From: Nitrososphaerota archaeon | GTDB lineage: Archaea > Thermoproteota > Nitrososphaeria_A > Caldarchaeales > Caldarchaeaceae | Reading direction: 5' to 3' | NCBI GenBank assembly: GCA_041641305.1 | Contig: JBEPYN010000001.1 | Span: 6,498-70,497, forward strand | Length of the DNA stretch: 64,000 nucleotides | Shown: positions 52,547-61,468 of the stretch, one piece after another | Numbering within the stretch: position 1 is the first letter of the stretch | Layout: every line of letters starts with the position of its first letter | The notes under the pieces: model-generated | What the model saw: only the letters and a program-made list of their open reading frames with translations | The model's database searches: none | Told to the model about the DNA's origin: nothing | Program-made: the position numbers and the translations under genes

Positions 52547-53359
52547 CCCTGTTCCACAGAACTTGCAGTGGCCGACAATCATGTTTTGAAGCCTGTTCTT
52601 CTCAATTCTCTTAGCGATAAAGAGAGAAGACTCTATCAACAAGACGAGGGGTAGGAATAGGACGGCGTTTCCGACCAGCCAACCGTCTGGTGTTATGATT
52701 GCGACCAAGATGTAAAGAGCACCGTAGACATAGAGCCTGTTGCGGGTTATGATTTCAGTACTGATTATTCCGAACCTGACGAGGAGGACGAGGACTGCGG
52801 GTGAGGTGAAGACGACCCCGATCAGCAACACTGTGGTGAAGACGAGGCTGTAGAAATCCATGGCGCAAACGGTTGGTAAGACGCCGGCCAACTCGAAGAA
52901 GAAGATCATCGCCCTCATGATGAGAGGTGCTGCGACGAAGTAGCCGAACAAACCTCCAACGGCGAAGAGAGCCGCAAAACCAAGAGTAAACCCGTAGATG
53001 AGCCTCCTCTCATGCGGATACAGAGCAGGATCTACGTAAGCATATGTCTCATAACCTATAACAGGCATTATCGTGGCCAACGCGAGAAAAGCCGCTGCAA
53101 GAAAAATTATCTCAAAAGGGGAAGTCATGGAGCAGCCGATTATCTCGATTCTGTTCGCGGCTAGGTCTGTGACGATTCTTTTCAGTACAAGAGAGACCAT
53201 GGGTTCGTAAAACTCTGGGTTGAGCGTGATACCTGTCAAGTCTGCCGGAAAAGCCAACCAGAAAATGAGCGAAACAACGAAAGAAACAATCACAACCTTT
53301 ACTCGGTTCTTTAGCTCACGTAGATGCTCGATTAGAGGCATTTCCTTGTCTTTGCTCAA
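52496..53359 (-). CDS. tatC: twin-arginine translocase subunit TatC with C-terminal zinc-ribbon extension
   Basis: 6-TM TatC core (LIEHLRELKNRV...) followed by a cytoplasmic tail HCKFCGTGLRENEIFCSKCGRAQE (CxxC-x11-CxxC). Confidence 0.8.
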   Translation of the reverse strand: MSKDKEMPLIEHLRELKNRVKVVIVSFVVSLIFWLAFPADLTGITLNPEFYEPMVSLVLKRIVTDLAANRIEIIGCSMTSPFEIIFLAAAFLALATIMPVIGYETYAYVDPALYPHERRLIYGFTLGFAALFAVGGLFGYFVAAPLIMRAMIFFFELAGVLPTVCAMDFYSLVFTTVLLIGVVFTSPAVLVLLVRFGIISTEIITRNRLYVYGALYILVAIITPDGWLVGNAVLFLPLVLLIESSLFIAKRIEKNRLQNMIVGHCKFCGTGLRENEIFCSKCGRAQE

Positions 53360-53400
53360 CCCCTGTCATCCAGAAAAATCGATATAATTAACTTCTTTCC

Positions 53401-53694
53401 CTACGCGGCTTTCTGGGATTTTTCCACTATTTCTCTCGCTATCTGGTCTCTTGTTTTGCCCTCGGTTGAGATGTTGAGTGCTCTTGCGACCTCGAGAAGC
53501 TTATCATCTGGAGGTGTGGAGGGAGATGCTGCAGCCTTCGCCATCTCCTCCTCTAACCCCTTCTGAGCTTTCTCGAACTCGCGTTTAGCTTGTCCAATAG
53601 ACTTGGCGATTTTTGGCAATTTATCTGGCCCCCATAGGAAGAGGATTAACACTACGGCGGCCACAACAATCCATTCGACTCCCTGAATCGCCAT
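53401..53694 (-). CDS. tatA: twin-arginine translocase subunit TatA/E
   Basis: MAIQGVEWIVVAAVVLILFLWGPDKLPKIAKSIGQAKREFEKAQ: TM helix plus amphipathic helix. Confidence 0.85.
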   Translation of the reverse strand: MAIQGVEWIVVAAVVLILFLWGPDKLPKIAKSIGQAKREFEKAQKGLEEEMAKAAASPSTPPDDKLLEVARALNISTEGKTRDQIAREIVEKSQKAA

Positions 53695-53737
53695 TTTTTC
53701 TTCAGCAAAAATCTCCCGTTGCGGCTTTTAAATTTTG

Positions 53738-54511
53738 CTATCTTAAAACCGCTCCTCCATCAACTATGATGGCTTGGCCGTTTATGAAGCTCGCCATGTC
53801 TGAGCAGAGAAAGCCTGCTACCGCGGCGACCTCTTCAGGCTTTCCCATTCTACCCATGGGCGACTCGGTGGCGAGAGCCCTGTACTCTTCCTCCGTAAGA
53901 TGTTGGGTGGATGGTGTTGTTTCGATGCTGCCGAGAACAAGGCTGTAGGCCCTGATTCCGTATCGTCCATATTCGTAGGCGATGTGTTTTGTTAGGCCGA
54001 GGATGGCTGATTTGGCGAGGGTGTATGCAAGCCCTTTATCATAGCCGGTTATGGCGGGGGTTGAGCTAAAGTTGACGTATACTCCTCCCCTCTGCTTAAC
54101 CATCTGCTCAACGGTGTGTTTAACCATGTTGAAAGACCCGAGCAGGTCAACGCTCATCACCTCGATGATTTCCTGCGAAGTTGTTTCGGAGAGGCCCTTG
54201 TTCCAGAGCTTTGGCTCCAGAACATATCCTGCGACGTTGACAACGGCGTCGAAGCGTCTGAACCGTTCCAGCGTCTTCGCTACAAAGCTTTCCACAGACT
54301 TTTCGTCGGTGACGTTGAGGCTGTCCACATGAACCCTCTTTGAGCCAAACCGCGCAACCCAACCCTTTTCCAATTCACGGAGAACATGCAAACGCCTAGC
54401 ACCCGCCGAGACAAGCGCTCCCTGCTCCAGAAACCATTCAACAACAGCTCTTCCTATTTCGCCTGATGCACCCGTGACGATGCATACCTTGCCCTCTAAA
54501 ATGCCCATCAT
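53738..54511 (-). CDS. SDR-family oxidoreductase
   Basis: GKVCIVTGASGEIGRAV (TGxxxGxG); NVAGY; catalytic Ser...YxxxK (YTLAK). Confidence 0.8.
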   Translation of the reverse strand: MMGILEGKVCIVTGASGEIGRAVVEWFLEQGALVSAGARRLHVLRELEKGWVARFGSKRVHVDSLNVTDEKSVESFVAKTLERFRRFDAVVNVAGYVLEPKLWNKGLSETTSQEIIEVMSVDLLGSFNMVKHTVEQMVKQRGGVYVNFSSTPAITGYDKGLAYTLAKSAILGLTKHIAYEYGRYGIRAYSLVLGSIETTPSTQHLTEEEYRALATESPMGRMGKPEEVAAVAGFLCSDMASFINGQAIIVDGGAVLR

Positions 54512-54530
54512 GCAATCCCCATAGTTGGCA

Positions 54531-54540
54531 TATTTAAATA
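54531..54540 (+). promoter_or_regulatory. TATA box (tatttaaata) 23 nt upstream of rps13 ATG
   Basis: Seen in sequence. Confidence 0.45.
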
Positions 54541-54563
54541 GACCATGTGGTCATCTACATCGG

Positions 54564-55046
54564 ATGTCGAAAGACCTCCGCCTCATCGTCAGAGTGCTGA
54601 ACACAGACGTCGACGGAACTCTGAGAATTCCGTATGCACTTGCACGCATCAAGGGTATTGGTGTGAACCTTGGATATGCGATTGCAAGGGTGGCGGGTAT
54701 AGACCCTTCCACAAGGCTGGGACAATTAACCGATAAACAGATAGAGAAAATTGAGCAGATAGCGCGAAACCCAACACGCTTCGGCATACCTGCATGGCTT
54801 TTAAACAGACGGTTTGACCCGGTAACAGGAGAAGACCGGCACCTGACAGGAGCCGACCTCGAGCTGGCCATCAAAGAGGATATCCAGACTATGATGAGGA
54901 CAAAAAGCTGGAAAGGAATACGTCACTCGCTGGGTCTAAAGGTCAGAGGGCAGAGGACTCGAACAACCGGTAGAAAAGGCTTGACCGTAGGTGTTTCGAG
55001 GAAGGCGATCGCAGCTGCTACCCAGCCGAAAGAGGAGAAGAAATAG
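54564..55046 (+). CDS. rps13: 30S ribosomal protein S13 (uS13)
   Basis: MSKDLRLIVRVLNTDVDGTLRIPYALARIKGIG... ATG 54564 chosen (the ORF track extends to 54525). Confidence 0.85.
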   Translation: MSKDLRLIVRVLNTDVDGTLRIPYALARIKGIGVNLGYAIARVAGIDPSTRLGQLTDKQIEKIEQIARNPTRFGIPAWLLNRRFDPVTGEDRHLTGADLELAIKEDIQTMMRTKSWKGIRHSLGLKVRGQRTRTTGRKGLTVGVSRKAIAAATQPKEEKK

Positions 55047-55048
55047 TT

Positions 55049-56164
55049 TCAGCCTATTTCTTCCCTAGCCATAGCCGCGCCTAGGACAAGGTTGACCTGT
55101 TTCTGGTATGCAACATCCCAGCTGCGTGTGCGTAGGCCGCAGTCGTTACATGCAACAACTTTCTCCGGATCTCCCAGAGCCCTGGCAGCGTAAATGGCTC
55201 TGTCTCGGACAAGCTCAGGGGGCTCGATAAAGTCTGTGTGGACATCGACCAGCCCGGGAGCCAGTTTAAACCCAACATCATATTCCCTGAAGACCTTTAG
55301 AACCTCGAAACCTGTTCTCGCATCGGGGTCGATGCCAGGTTTTGTGGTGTCTGCGTTGGAGCAGGATATGGAGAGAACGTCTACCTTGAGCTCGAGTAAT
55401 GCGGGGAATAGTGCCTTATAATCTGTGTAACAGATGTGGACGGCTTTCTTGGCACCCACACCGCGGAATGTTTCGTTGATGCTTTCAACCACGAGCTCCG
55501 ATTCATGAGGTTTGGTTGCGGCGGCGGGCTCATCCAACTGTATGTACTCAACCCCTTCGCTGTCGAGAGCCTTGACAACTGGCCTCAACACCTCACTAAC
55601 AAGGTCGAACACAAATTCTCTTCGCGCAGAGCTCGATCTCGCAGCCAAATCTTCACCCTCTGCGTGTTTTACATAGTATTCGTCAAAAGACCAATCCGCC
55701 AAAGTGTAGGCAGCTGTAACCGGGACTTTCAACGGCTTTCTCGCATATCTCTTGTTGAACTGTAGTTCGTCTACGTGGTAGGGCTGCAGAAGCTTAGGCT
55801 TCTTTACTATAGCGGCTTTGCGGTAGAACTCGTTGTCCCAAACCCTGACCACACCACGGTACTCAAACCCATCGATGTATCTGAGCGGGTGCTCATACAT
55901 CTCGACCCTTCTCTGCTCACCATCATAAACAACATCCAATCCCGCGGACTCAAAAAACCTCAGCCCATAAATACATGCCCAATCAACCAACAAATCCTCA
56001 GAACCTTGGTTGTTTCTGAGCAGTTCGACCAGATCTTCATAATTCTCCACGCCTAGCAACTTTCCCCATTTCTCCGCCTGCTCAACAGCTCTGGACACGT
56101 CCCTAACCCGGAACGGGGCCTTGTTGAGGCTTCCAACCTCGATTACTGGAAACAGCTTGTTCAC
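55049..56164 (-). CDS. metE: cobalamin-independent methionine synthase, catalytic (MetE C-terminal-like) domain protein
   Basis: 371 aa UroD/MetE-like TIM barrel; Zn-ligand-like His/Cys/Glu/Cys positions (…HICYTD…, …CNDCGL…). Confidence 0.65.
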   Translation of the reverse strand: MNKLFPVIEVGSLNKAPFRVRDVSRAVEQAEKWGKLLGVENYEDLVELLRNNQGSEDLLVDWACIYGLRFFESAGLDVVYDGEQRRVEMYEHPLRYIDGFEYRGVVRVWDNEFYRKAAIVKKPKLLQPYHVDELQFNKRYARKPLKVPVTAAYTLADWSFDEYYVKHAEGEDLAARSSSARREFVFDLVSEVLRPVVKALDSEGVEYIQLDEPAAATKPHESELVVESINETFRGVGAKKAVHICYTDYKALFPALLELKVDVLSISCSNADTTKPGIDPDARTGFEVLKVFREYDVGFKLAPGLVDVHTDFIEPPELVRDRAIYAARALGDPEKVVACNDCGLRTRSWDVAYQKQVNLVLGAAMAREEIG

Positions 56165-57108
56165 ATCGATTCACCAGCCTTTTTCACTATCGCGCCTAAA
56201 ACATTCATCTTCTTCAAGGCATATTCATGGGGCAGATGCTCGAGTTCGCAGTTGGGTCCCAGATGTATCTCCCCACAGTTAGCGATGGAGGCTACTTTCT
56301 TAAGCAGAGTCAGGGATGAGGCGGGGTCTTCGAGTAACGTGTTTCTGCCGTCAACCAATCCGAGGAAAATGCTTTTCTCAGTATCGAGGCCGCGTAGAGA
56401 TTCCACCCGAGTCTTAAACATGTCCAAACCGATGACATCGACAGGAAAATCGAGGAAAGCATCTAGGTTTTTCTCAGCCGAGCCAAACTGGAGATGAAGC
56501 ATAACCTCCCCGCCAACCTTTTTCCTCAGTTTCTCGACAGCGGAGCGCGACATCTCCAACTCCTCTGAAGAAACCTCACCCATCACAAGGGAGGGTGCCG
56601 TCAGCTGAATCTGAGCAAATTCCCCCAATTTTTTCAGATATTGTGCCAAAGCATCAGCCACGTCGTGAACCAATTCATCAAATTTTCCGTAAAAATTGTT
56701 TACCGCGAGTTTAGAGAAGGTGAAAGGCTCGGGCACAACAATCTTCCTTTTCTCAACCTCGATGAGACGATGGAAAAAAAGAGTCCTGTCCACTCTGTTT
56801 CGTAGGTTGATTTTACCTTTGATTACTGGTGCTTTGTAGAAGAAGTTATTGTCAAACCATCGGCTCAATCCGTTGACCTCCACGTTTTCTAGGGATGATG
56901 CAAAGGGTCGGAGGAGGTCGTTCCAGCCGAGCATCCCGTCTATGAGGTAGGTGAAGCCGTTTTGTCGCTGAGCCTCCACAAAGGCTCTGGAGGTAGTCTC
57001 CAGCTCGTTTAAGAGAGCCTTGTCTGATATCTTGTTCTTCGCTCGGTCTCTGTAGGCTTTTATGAGAGCCTCTGTTCTGGGGAGAGGACCGACGAGGTAC
57101 ACCTTCAT
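56161..57108 (-). CDS. MetE N-terminal-domain-like protein (non-catalytic paralogue of methionine synthase II)
   Basis: 315 aa; same fold family as the downstream gene but lacking the metal-ligand set; 4-nt overlap with metE. Confidence 0.55.
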   Translation of the reverse strand: MKVYLVGPLPRTEALIKAYRDRAKNKISDKALLNELETTSRAFVEAQRQNGFTYLIDGMLGWNDLLRPFASSLENVEVNGLSRWFDNNFFYKAPVIKGKINLRNRVDRTLFFHRLIEVEKRKIVVPEPFTFSKLAVNNFYGKFDELVHDVADALAQYLKKLGEFAQIQLTAPSLVMGEVSSEELEMSRSAVEKLRKKVGGEVMLHLQFGSAEKNLDAFLDFPVDVIGLDMFKTRVESLRGLDTEKSIFLGLVDGRNTLLEDPASSLTLLKKVASIANCGEIHLGPNCELEHLPHEYALKKMNVLGAIVKKAGESM

Positions 57109-57109
57109 T

Positions 57110-58123
57110 CTACATCCTTCTCTCGGAGCTGTGGCCTGGGAAGTAGCCGGCCTTCGGATCGATGTAGTTTTTGGCCACGTTTACCGCTACGGCTGCTTGC
57201 GCAAACCCGATAACGAGGAGCGCTAGCTTCACAGAGTCTGGCTGAACCGCTATGTCTCCAGCGGCGTAGACACCTGGGATGTTAGTCTCACACCTGGCGT
57301 TGATTTTGATGGCGTTGCCCTCCATTTCTAGCCCCCATTTTTTGAAGAGAGAAACATCAACTATGTGTCCCAGCTGAAGCAGCAGCGCATCACATTCGAT
57401 TGTCGTTTCCTCTCCTGTTTTGTTGTTGTAGATCTTTATCTTTTCTAGGTGGTTGTCGCCGTATGCTTCTTTGACCTCGTAGGGTATGAGGACTTTAACT
57501 GCCGAGTGGAACAGCTCTATGACGCTGCCTTCATGTGCTCTGAATTCGCTGCGTCGGTGAACAAGGTAAATCTCAGAAGCTATGTCTTTTAGGTTGAGGG
57601 CCCAGTCAACCGCTGAGTCACCGCCTCCGACTATAACGACACGCTTGTTTCTGAACATCCATTTGTCCTTAACTGTGTAGTATACGCCTTTTCCCTCAAA
57701 CCGCTCGACAGAGGGGTTTCCGAGTTTACGGGGTGTAAATGCTCCGTGTCCTGCGGCTATGAGCACGGTTTTAGAGAAGTGAACACCCTTATCAGTGGTT
57801 AGCTCAATAATTCCACCGTCGAGCCGAGTCAAGTTAAGAACTCTTTCCGAGAAATGGAACTTTGGATTGTAGGCGCTCGCCTGCTCGAACAAGTTTTTCG
57901 CCAAGTCTTTAGAAAGTATCTTGGGGAAGCCTGCTACATCGTAGATGAATTTGTCCGGATAAAGGGTTGTCAGCTGGCCGCCGTAAGTGTCCAGAGCCTC
58001 AATAACCTTGGTCTTCATGCCTCTCATACCGGCGGCGTAAAACGCGGCGAACAGGCCCGTGGGCCCAGCGCCGATTATGGTCATGTCATACACATCGAAA
58101 GGCTCCATGGTCAACTCATTCAT
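57110..58123 (-). CDS. FAD/NAD(P)-binding oxidoreductase, ferredoxin-NADP+ reductase type 2 / thioredoxin-reductase-like
   Basis: MTIIGAGPTGLFAAFYA...VVIVGGGDSAVDWA...GVYAAGDIA, no CxxC redox disulfide. ORF track starts at 58207; in-frame ATGs at 58123/58108/58084 are more plausible. Confidence 0.65.
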   Translation of the reverse strand: MNELTMEPFDVYDMTIIGAGPTGLFAAFYAAGMRGMKTKVIEALDTYGGQLTTLYPDKFIYDVAGFPKILSKDLAKNLFEQASAYNPKFHFSERVLNLTRLDGGIIELTTDKGVHFSKTVLIAAGHGAFTPRKLGNPSVERFEGKGVYYTVKDKWMFRNKRVVIVGGGDSAVDWALNLKDIASEIYLVHRRSEFRAHEGSVIELFHSAVKVLIPYEVKEAYGDNHLEKIKIYNNKTGEETTIECDALLLQLGHIVDVSLFKKWGLEMEGNAIKINARCETNIPGVYAAGDIAVQPDSVKLALLVIGFAQAAVAVNVAKNYIDPKAGYFPGHSSERRM

Positions 58124-58137
58124 ACATAAATGCGGAT

Positions 58138-59130
58138 TTAAGTTTGCCCCAGCCCAATCGGTTTTATTGGAAGACTTAATTCTGCCACGTCGGCCAGGTC
58201 CTCGCAAACTCTCGCCAGATGGAAATGAAATTTATAGAGGGATGCGGTGTCACTTCGTCCCGGCATTCGTTTCAAAAAATCCTCACTATGTTTCATGAAC
58301 TCGCTTCTGAGCCCGGTAACCTTGGTGACAAGTGCAATCTCGTGGCTAAATAATGCGTCAATGGGTTGAAAACCAATTGAGAGCACTATGTTGGCGAGTT
58401 TTCTGAACTCTTGTTTAACCTCTTTGGCTAGGGGTTTCCTGTTTCTCAGCTTTTCCTTAGCCATTTCCGCTGCTTGGTCTCCCGCGTCTTCTATGAATTT
58501 GGCTGCAACCCTTAGGTCAAGGAGGTTAAGTGGCGTGATATTCAGCCTTTTGGCGAGGGCGGGGTCAACCAGAGCTGAGCGTAGAACTCGGACAAGCGTG
58601 AAATAAAGTCTATCAACCTCTTCGTCTCTTGTAACCGCCATCCTGCCGAGCGACAAATCATCCGTCACAACAGAGTTTACGGCATACTCAACCATACCGA
58701 TAACGAGGTTGTACTGTCTTCTTAGAAGCCTCTCAGGGGCCACAGTTTCCTCGTTAAGAACAATCTGCACCTCCACGCTTTTGTCAGCTTCGTCAACTAT
58801 CTCAGCACCTGCCAGTCCACGCACGATCCGCCTGACCTCTTCGAGCTGGGTGTCCGTGATAGAAGTTTCAGACACAATTCTTATGGTATCGTATCCGTAG
58901 AGGTAGGCGCCTACGAGCAGCTGGTTAATGTCGTCTGTAAACATAATTTCCACTTTCGAGACACGTCGAGAAACGGGTGTGTCAGGGTAGATATACAGCC
59001 CACCATCCTCCGATGGCTTAATAATAACCTGTGAACCCTTGGACAGCCCCATCCTTTCTACCCACTCCTTTGGAAGAGTAACCGTGAACGAGCTGCCACC
59101 GGTAAGCTGAACCGCTCTCCTGACCTCCAC
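58138..59130 (-). CDS. PhoU-domain protein with N-terminal AbrB/SpoVT-like DNA-binding domain
   Basis: VEVRRAVQLTGGSSFTVTLPKEWVERMGLSKGSQVII (swapped-hairpin AbrB-like) followed by PhoU-like helical repeats. The first 85 aa of ORF 58138..59385 are Ser-rich with no in-frame start; GTG 59130 chosen. Confidence 0.5.
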   Translation of the reverse strand: MEVRRAVQLTGGSSFTVTLPKEWVERMGLSKGSQVIIKPSEDGGLYIYPDTPVSRRVSKVEIMFTDDINQLLVGAYLYGYDTIRIVSETSITDTQLEEVRRIVRGLAGAEIVDEADKSVEVQIVLNEETVAPERLLRRQYNLVIGMVEYAVNSVVTDDLSLGRMAVTRDEEVDRLYFTLVRVLRSALVDPALAKRLNITPLNLLDLRVAAKFIEDAGDQAAEMAKEKLRNRKPLAKEVKQEFRKLANIVLSIGFQPIDALFSHEIALVTKVTGLRSEFMKHSEDFLKRMPGRSDTASLYKFHFHLARVCEDLADVAELSLPIKPIGLGQT

Positions 59131-59176
59131 AATAGGACATTCAATATGCTTGTTGTTAAGCCTTGCACAAGATACC

Positions 59177-59183
59177 TTTATAA
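59177..59183. promoter_or_regulatory. TATA element (tttataa / ttataaa) positioned between divergent PhoU-like and rpl22 start codons
   Basis: Seen in sequence: cctttataacatg; 36 nt upstream of rpl22 ATG 59219 and 47 nt upstream of GTG 59130 on the other strand. Confidence 0.35.
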
Positions 59184-59218
59184 CATGACTTAATGGGTTG
59201 GATAATTTAGACGCGAAA

Positions 59219-59677
59219 ATGCCGAGCTGGAGATACTCCACGACCGTCGGTGAAAAGGAGGACGAGGTCCGGGCGAGCCTCAGAGAGATAGATGTCTCTC
59301 CAAAATGGGCCCGGGAAGTGTGCAAAGCTCTCAAGGGCTTGACAATCCCAGAGGCCAAGAAATTGCTCGAAGACGTGATAAACAAGAAGAGGATGATACC
59401 CTATAGGCGATACAAAAAGAAACGGGCGCATCACGCGGAGACAAAGGGGCCCGGAGGCTACCCTGTCAAAGTCTCCAAACATCTTCTCAAGCTCGTTGAA
59501 AGTCTGGAGGCAAACGCAGAGTTTAAAGGCTTAGACCCGGAAAAAACAAAAATTGTCCATGCGGCGTCTCACAAAGGCAGAACTCTTCGGAAAAACATAG
59601 AAAGAGCCTTTGGGCGCTCAAGCCCATATAATCGGACTTATGTTCATATTGAGCTGGCGGCGGTGAGTGGTGGATGA
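59219..59677 (+). CDS. rpl22: 50S ribosomal protein L22 (uL22)
   Basis: MPSWRYSTTV...KWAREVCKALKGLTIPEAKKLLEDV... ATG 59219 chosen (ORF track TTG 59198). Confidence 0.85.
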   Translation: MPSWRYSTTVGEKEDEVRASLREIDVSPKWAREVCKALKGLTIPEAKKLLEDVINKKRMIPYRRYKKKRAHHAETKGPGGYPVKVSKHLLKLVESLEANAEFKGLDPEKTKIVHAASHKGRTLRKNIERAFGRSSPYNRTYVHIELAAVSGG

Positions 59678-60285
59678 CGCTGGTTAAACAGATTCTCGAG
59701 ACGAGGATTAAGAAGGCGGATATTGAGGAGTACCTGCGTGAGAAACTTAAGAACGCTTTCTTCGGCGGAGTCAGCATTAGCTTTACTCCTTTGGGTACGA
59801 GGGTCACAATCTATGCCATGAGGCCGAGTAGGGTCATAGGGCCTAAGGGCAAGGTTATCAAGGAAATCACGGAGACGTTGGAGAAACAGTTCGGGGTTGA
59901 GAACCCTGTGGTGACCGTGGTTGAGGTGGAGGTCCCCGAGCTCAACCCCTACGTCATGGCTGAGAGAATTGCCCAAGACCTGGCCCGAGGTCTCAGATAT
60001 AGAAGAGTTGGGTTCTGGGCCGTGAAAAGGATAATGGAAGCCGGTGCTAAGGGAGTGGAGGTTCACATAAGTGGGAAGCTCACTTCCGCAAGGGCGAGAA
60101 CCGAGAAGTTTACAGAAGGTTTTATGCCCAAGTCGGGCGAGCTAGCGATGAACTATGTCCTCGAAGGAAAGTCTTCGGTGCTGTTGAAAACCGGTCTCTT
60201 CGGCGTCAGGGTTCTTATTTACCCGCCTGACGCACCTCTTCCAGAGGAGATAAAGGTGAGGCAGAGTGAAGCTTCAAGAGCTTAG
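59674..60285 (+). CDS. rps3: 30S ribosomal protein S3 (uS3)
   Basis: KH domain VTIYAMRPSRVIGPKGKVIKEITETLEKQFG... Confidence 0.9.
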   Translation: MTLVKQILETRIKKADIEEYLREKLKNAFFGGVSISFTPLGTRVTIYAMRPSRVIGPKGKVIKEITETLEKQFGVENPVVTVVEVEVPELNPYVMAERIAQDLARGLRYRRVGFWAVKRIMEAGAKGVEVHISGKLTSARARTEKFTEGFMPKSGELAMNYVLEGKSSVLLKTGLFGVRVLIYPPDAPLPEEIKVRQSEASRA

Positions 60286-60466
60286 GGAACTTAACGAGAA
60301 AGAGCTGATTAAGAAGATTGAGGAGCTCAAGGCTGAGCTAAGACAAGTCATTTCGGAGATAGGGAAAGGAGGGATGGTTGAGAACCCGATGAGGAAAAGA
60401 GAGCTACGGAAAGAAATCGCGAGAGCCTACACGGTGTTGACGGAGAAGAGGCGACAGAGAAAATGA
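60266..60466 (+). CDS. rpl29: 50S ribosomal protein L29 (uL29)
   Basis: MKLQELRELNEKELIKKIEELKAELRQ... Confidence 0.85.
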   Translation: MKLQELRELNEKELIKKIEELKAELRQVISEIGKGGMVENPMRKRELRKEIARAYTVLTEKRRQRK

Positions 60467-60702
60467 CCAAGCCACTTAACATCTACATCCTTGGGAGAAG
60501 GGTCAAAGTAACCTACAACAATAGAACTTCAGAGGGAGTTGTCGTCTCTGAGACACGTAACATGGTCAAGGTGAAGACTATGAATGGTGAGAAAAGTTTT
60601 CCCAAGATCAATTCAGTTTTATGGATTGACGGCAAAGCAGTCGAAGGCTCTAGGCTGGTTGCCCGGCCTTTCGAAAGACTGTTGAGAGGTGGCGGAAAAT
60701 GA
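60463..60702 (+). CDS. rnp1: RNase P protein component 1 (Rpp29, Sm-like)
   Basis: ILGRRVKVTYNNRTSEGVVVSETRNMVKVKTMNGEKSFPKINSVLWIDG; canonical position between rpl29 and rps17. Confidence 0.65.
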   Translation: MTKPLNIYILGRRVKVTYNNRTSEGVVVSETRNMVKVKTMNGEKSFPKINSVLWIDGKAVEGSRLVARPFERLLRGGGK

Positions 60703-61028
60703 GCGAGGCCCGGAACATCGGCATCCCCGTTAAGCCTCCGAAGACAACCTGCAGCGACCGAGACTGCCCCTTCCACGGAAACTTGCCGGTGAGAGGCATT
60801 CTACTCAGCGGAGTCGTCTACAAAAAAAAGATGAACAAGACCGTGGTTGTGGAGAACGAGCACACGGTTTACGTCAAAAAATACAAGAGGTATATGCGGA
60901 GAAGGTCGCGGATTTCTGCGCATCTTCCGCCGTGCGTAGATGCTGAGGTGGGTGACCGAGTGAGGCTGGGTGAGTGCAGGCCACTGAGCAAGACCGTTAG
61001 CTTCGTGGTTCTGGAGAAGATGGGGTGA
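60699..61028 (+). CDS. rps17: 30S ribosomal protein S17 (uS17)
   Basis: CSDRDCPFHGNLPVRGILLSGVVYKKKMNKTVVVENEHTVYVKKYKRY. Confidence 0.9.
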   Translation: MSEARNIGIPVKPPKTTCSDRDCPFHGNLPVRGILLSGVVYKKKMNKTVVVENEHTVYVKKYKRYMRRRSRISAHLPPCVDAEVGDRVRLGECRPLSKTVSFVVLEKMG

Positions 61029-61032
61029 GAAA

Positions 61033-61467
61033 ATGGCGAAGCGAACACGTGCAGTTGCAGCGGTAGGCGTTCTCGAGAGAAGACCCAACATACCACGCAC
61101 CATAGTGCCAGGCTCCTTGATCACCTGCGCCGACAACTCCGGTGCGCAGATACTCAAGATAATACAGGTTCATGGAGTGTCTACACGGCTTCGCCGGGTG
61201 CCTGCTGCAGCGGTGGGGGATAAGGTGAGCGTGACAGTCAAAAAAGGTTCAGCTGACTTGAGGAAGAAGCCGATGCACGCCATAGTTATCCGCCAGCGGA
61301 AACCATATAGGAGAAGCGACGGAACATGGATATCTTTCGAGGAAACAGCTGCGGTGCTTGTCACACCTGAGGGAGACTTGAAGGGAACCGAGATAAAAGG
61401 CCCTGTAGCCAAGGAGGCTGCCGAACGTTGGCCAAGGGTTGCCAACGCGGCCAGCATGATAGTATGA
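61033..61467 (+). CDS. rpl14: 50S ribosomal protein L14 (uL14)
   Basis: LITCADNSGAQILKIIQVHG... Confidence 0.9.
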   Translation: MAKRTRAVAAVGVLERRPNIPRTIVPGSLITCADNSGAQILKIIQVHGVSTRLRRVPAAAVGDKVSVTVKKGSADLRKKPMHAIVIRQRKPYRRSDGTWISFEETAAVLVTPEGDLKGTEIKGPVAKEAAERWPRVANAASMIV

Positions 61468-61468
61468 G

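Noticed and set aside
59131-59385. N-terminal 85 codons of ORF 58138..59385
   Set aside because: Ser/Leu-rich, with no in-frame ATG/GTG/TTG before GTG 59130. The region holds the promoter elements for divergent genes.
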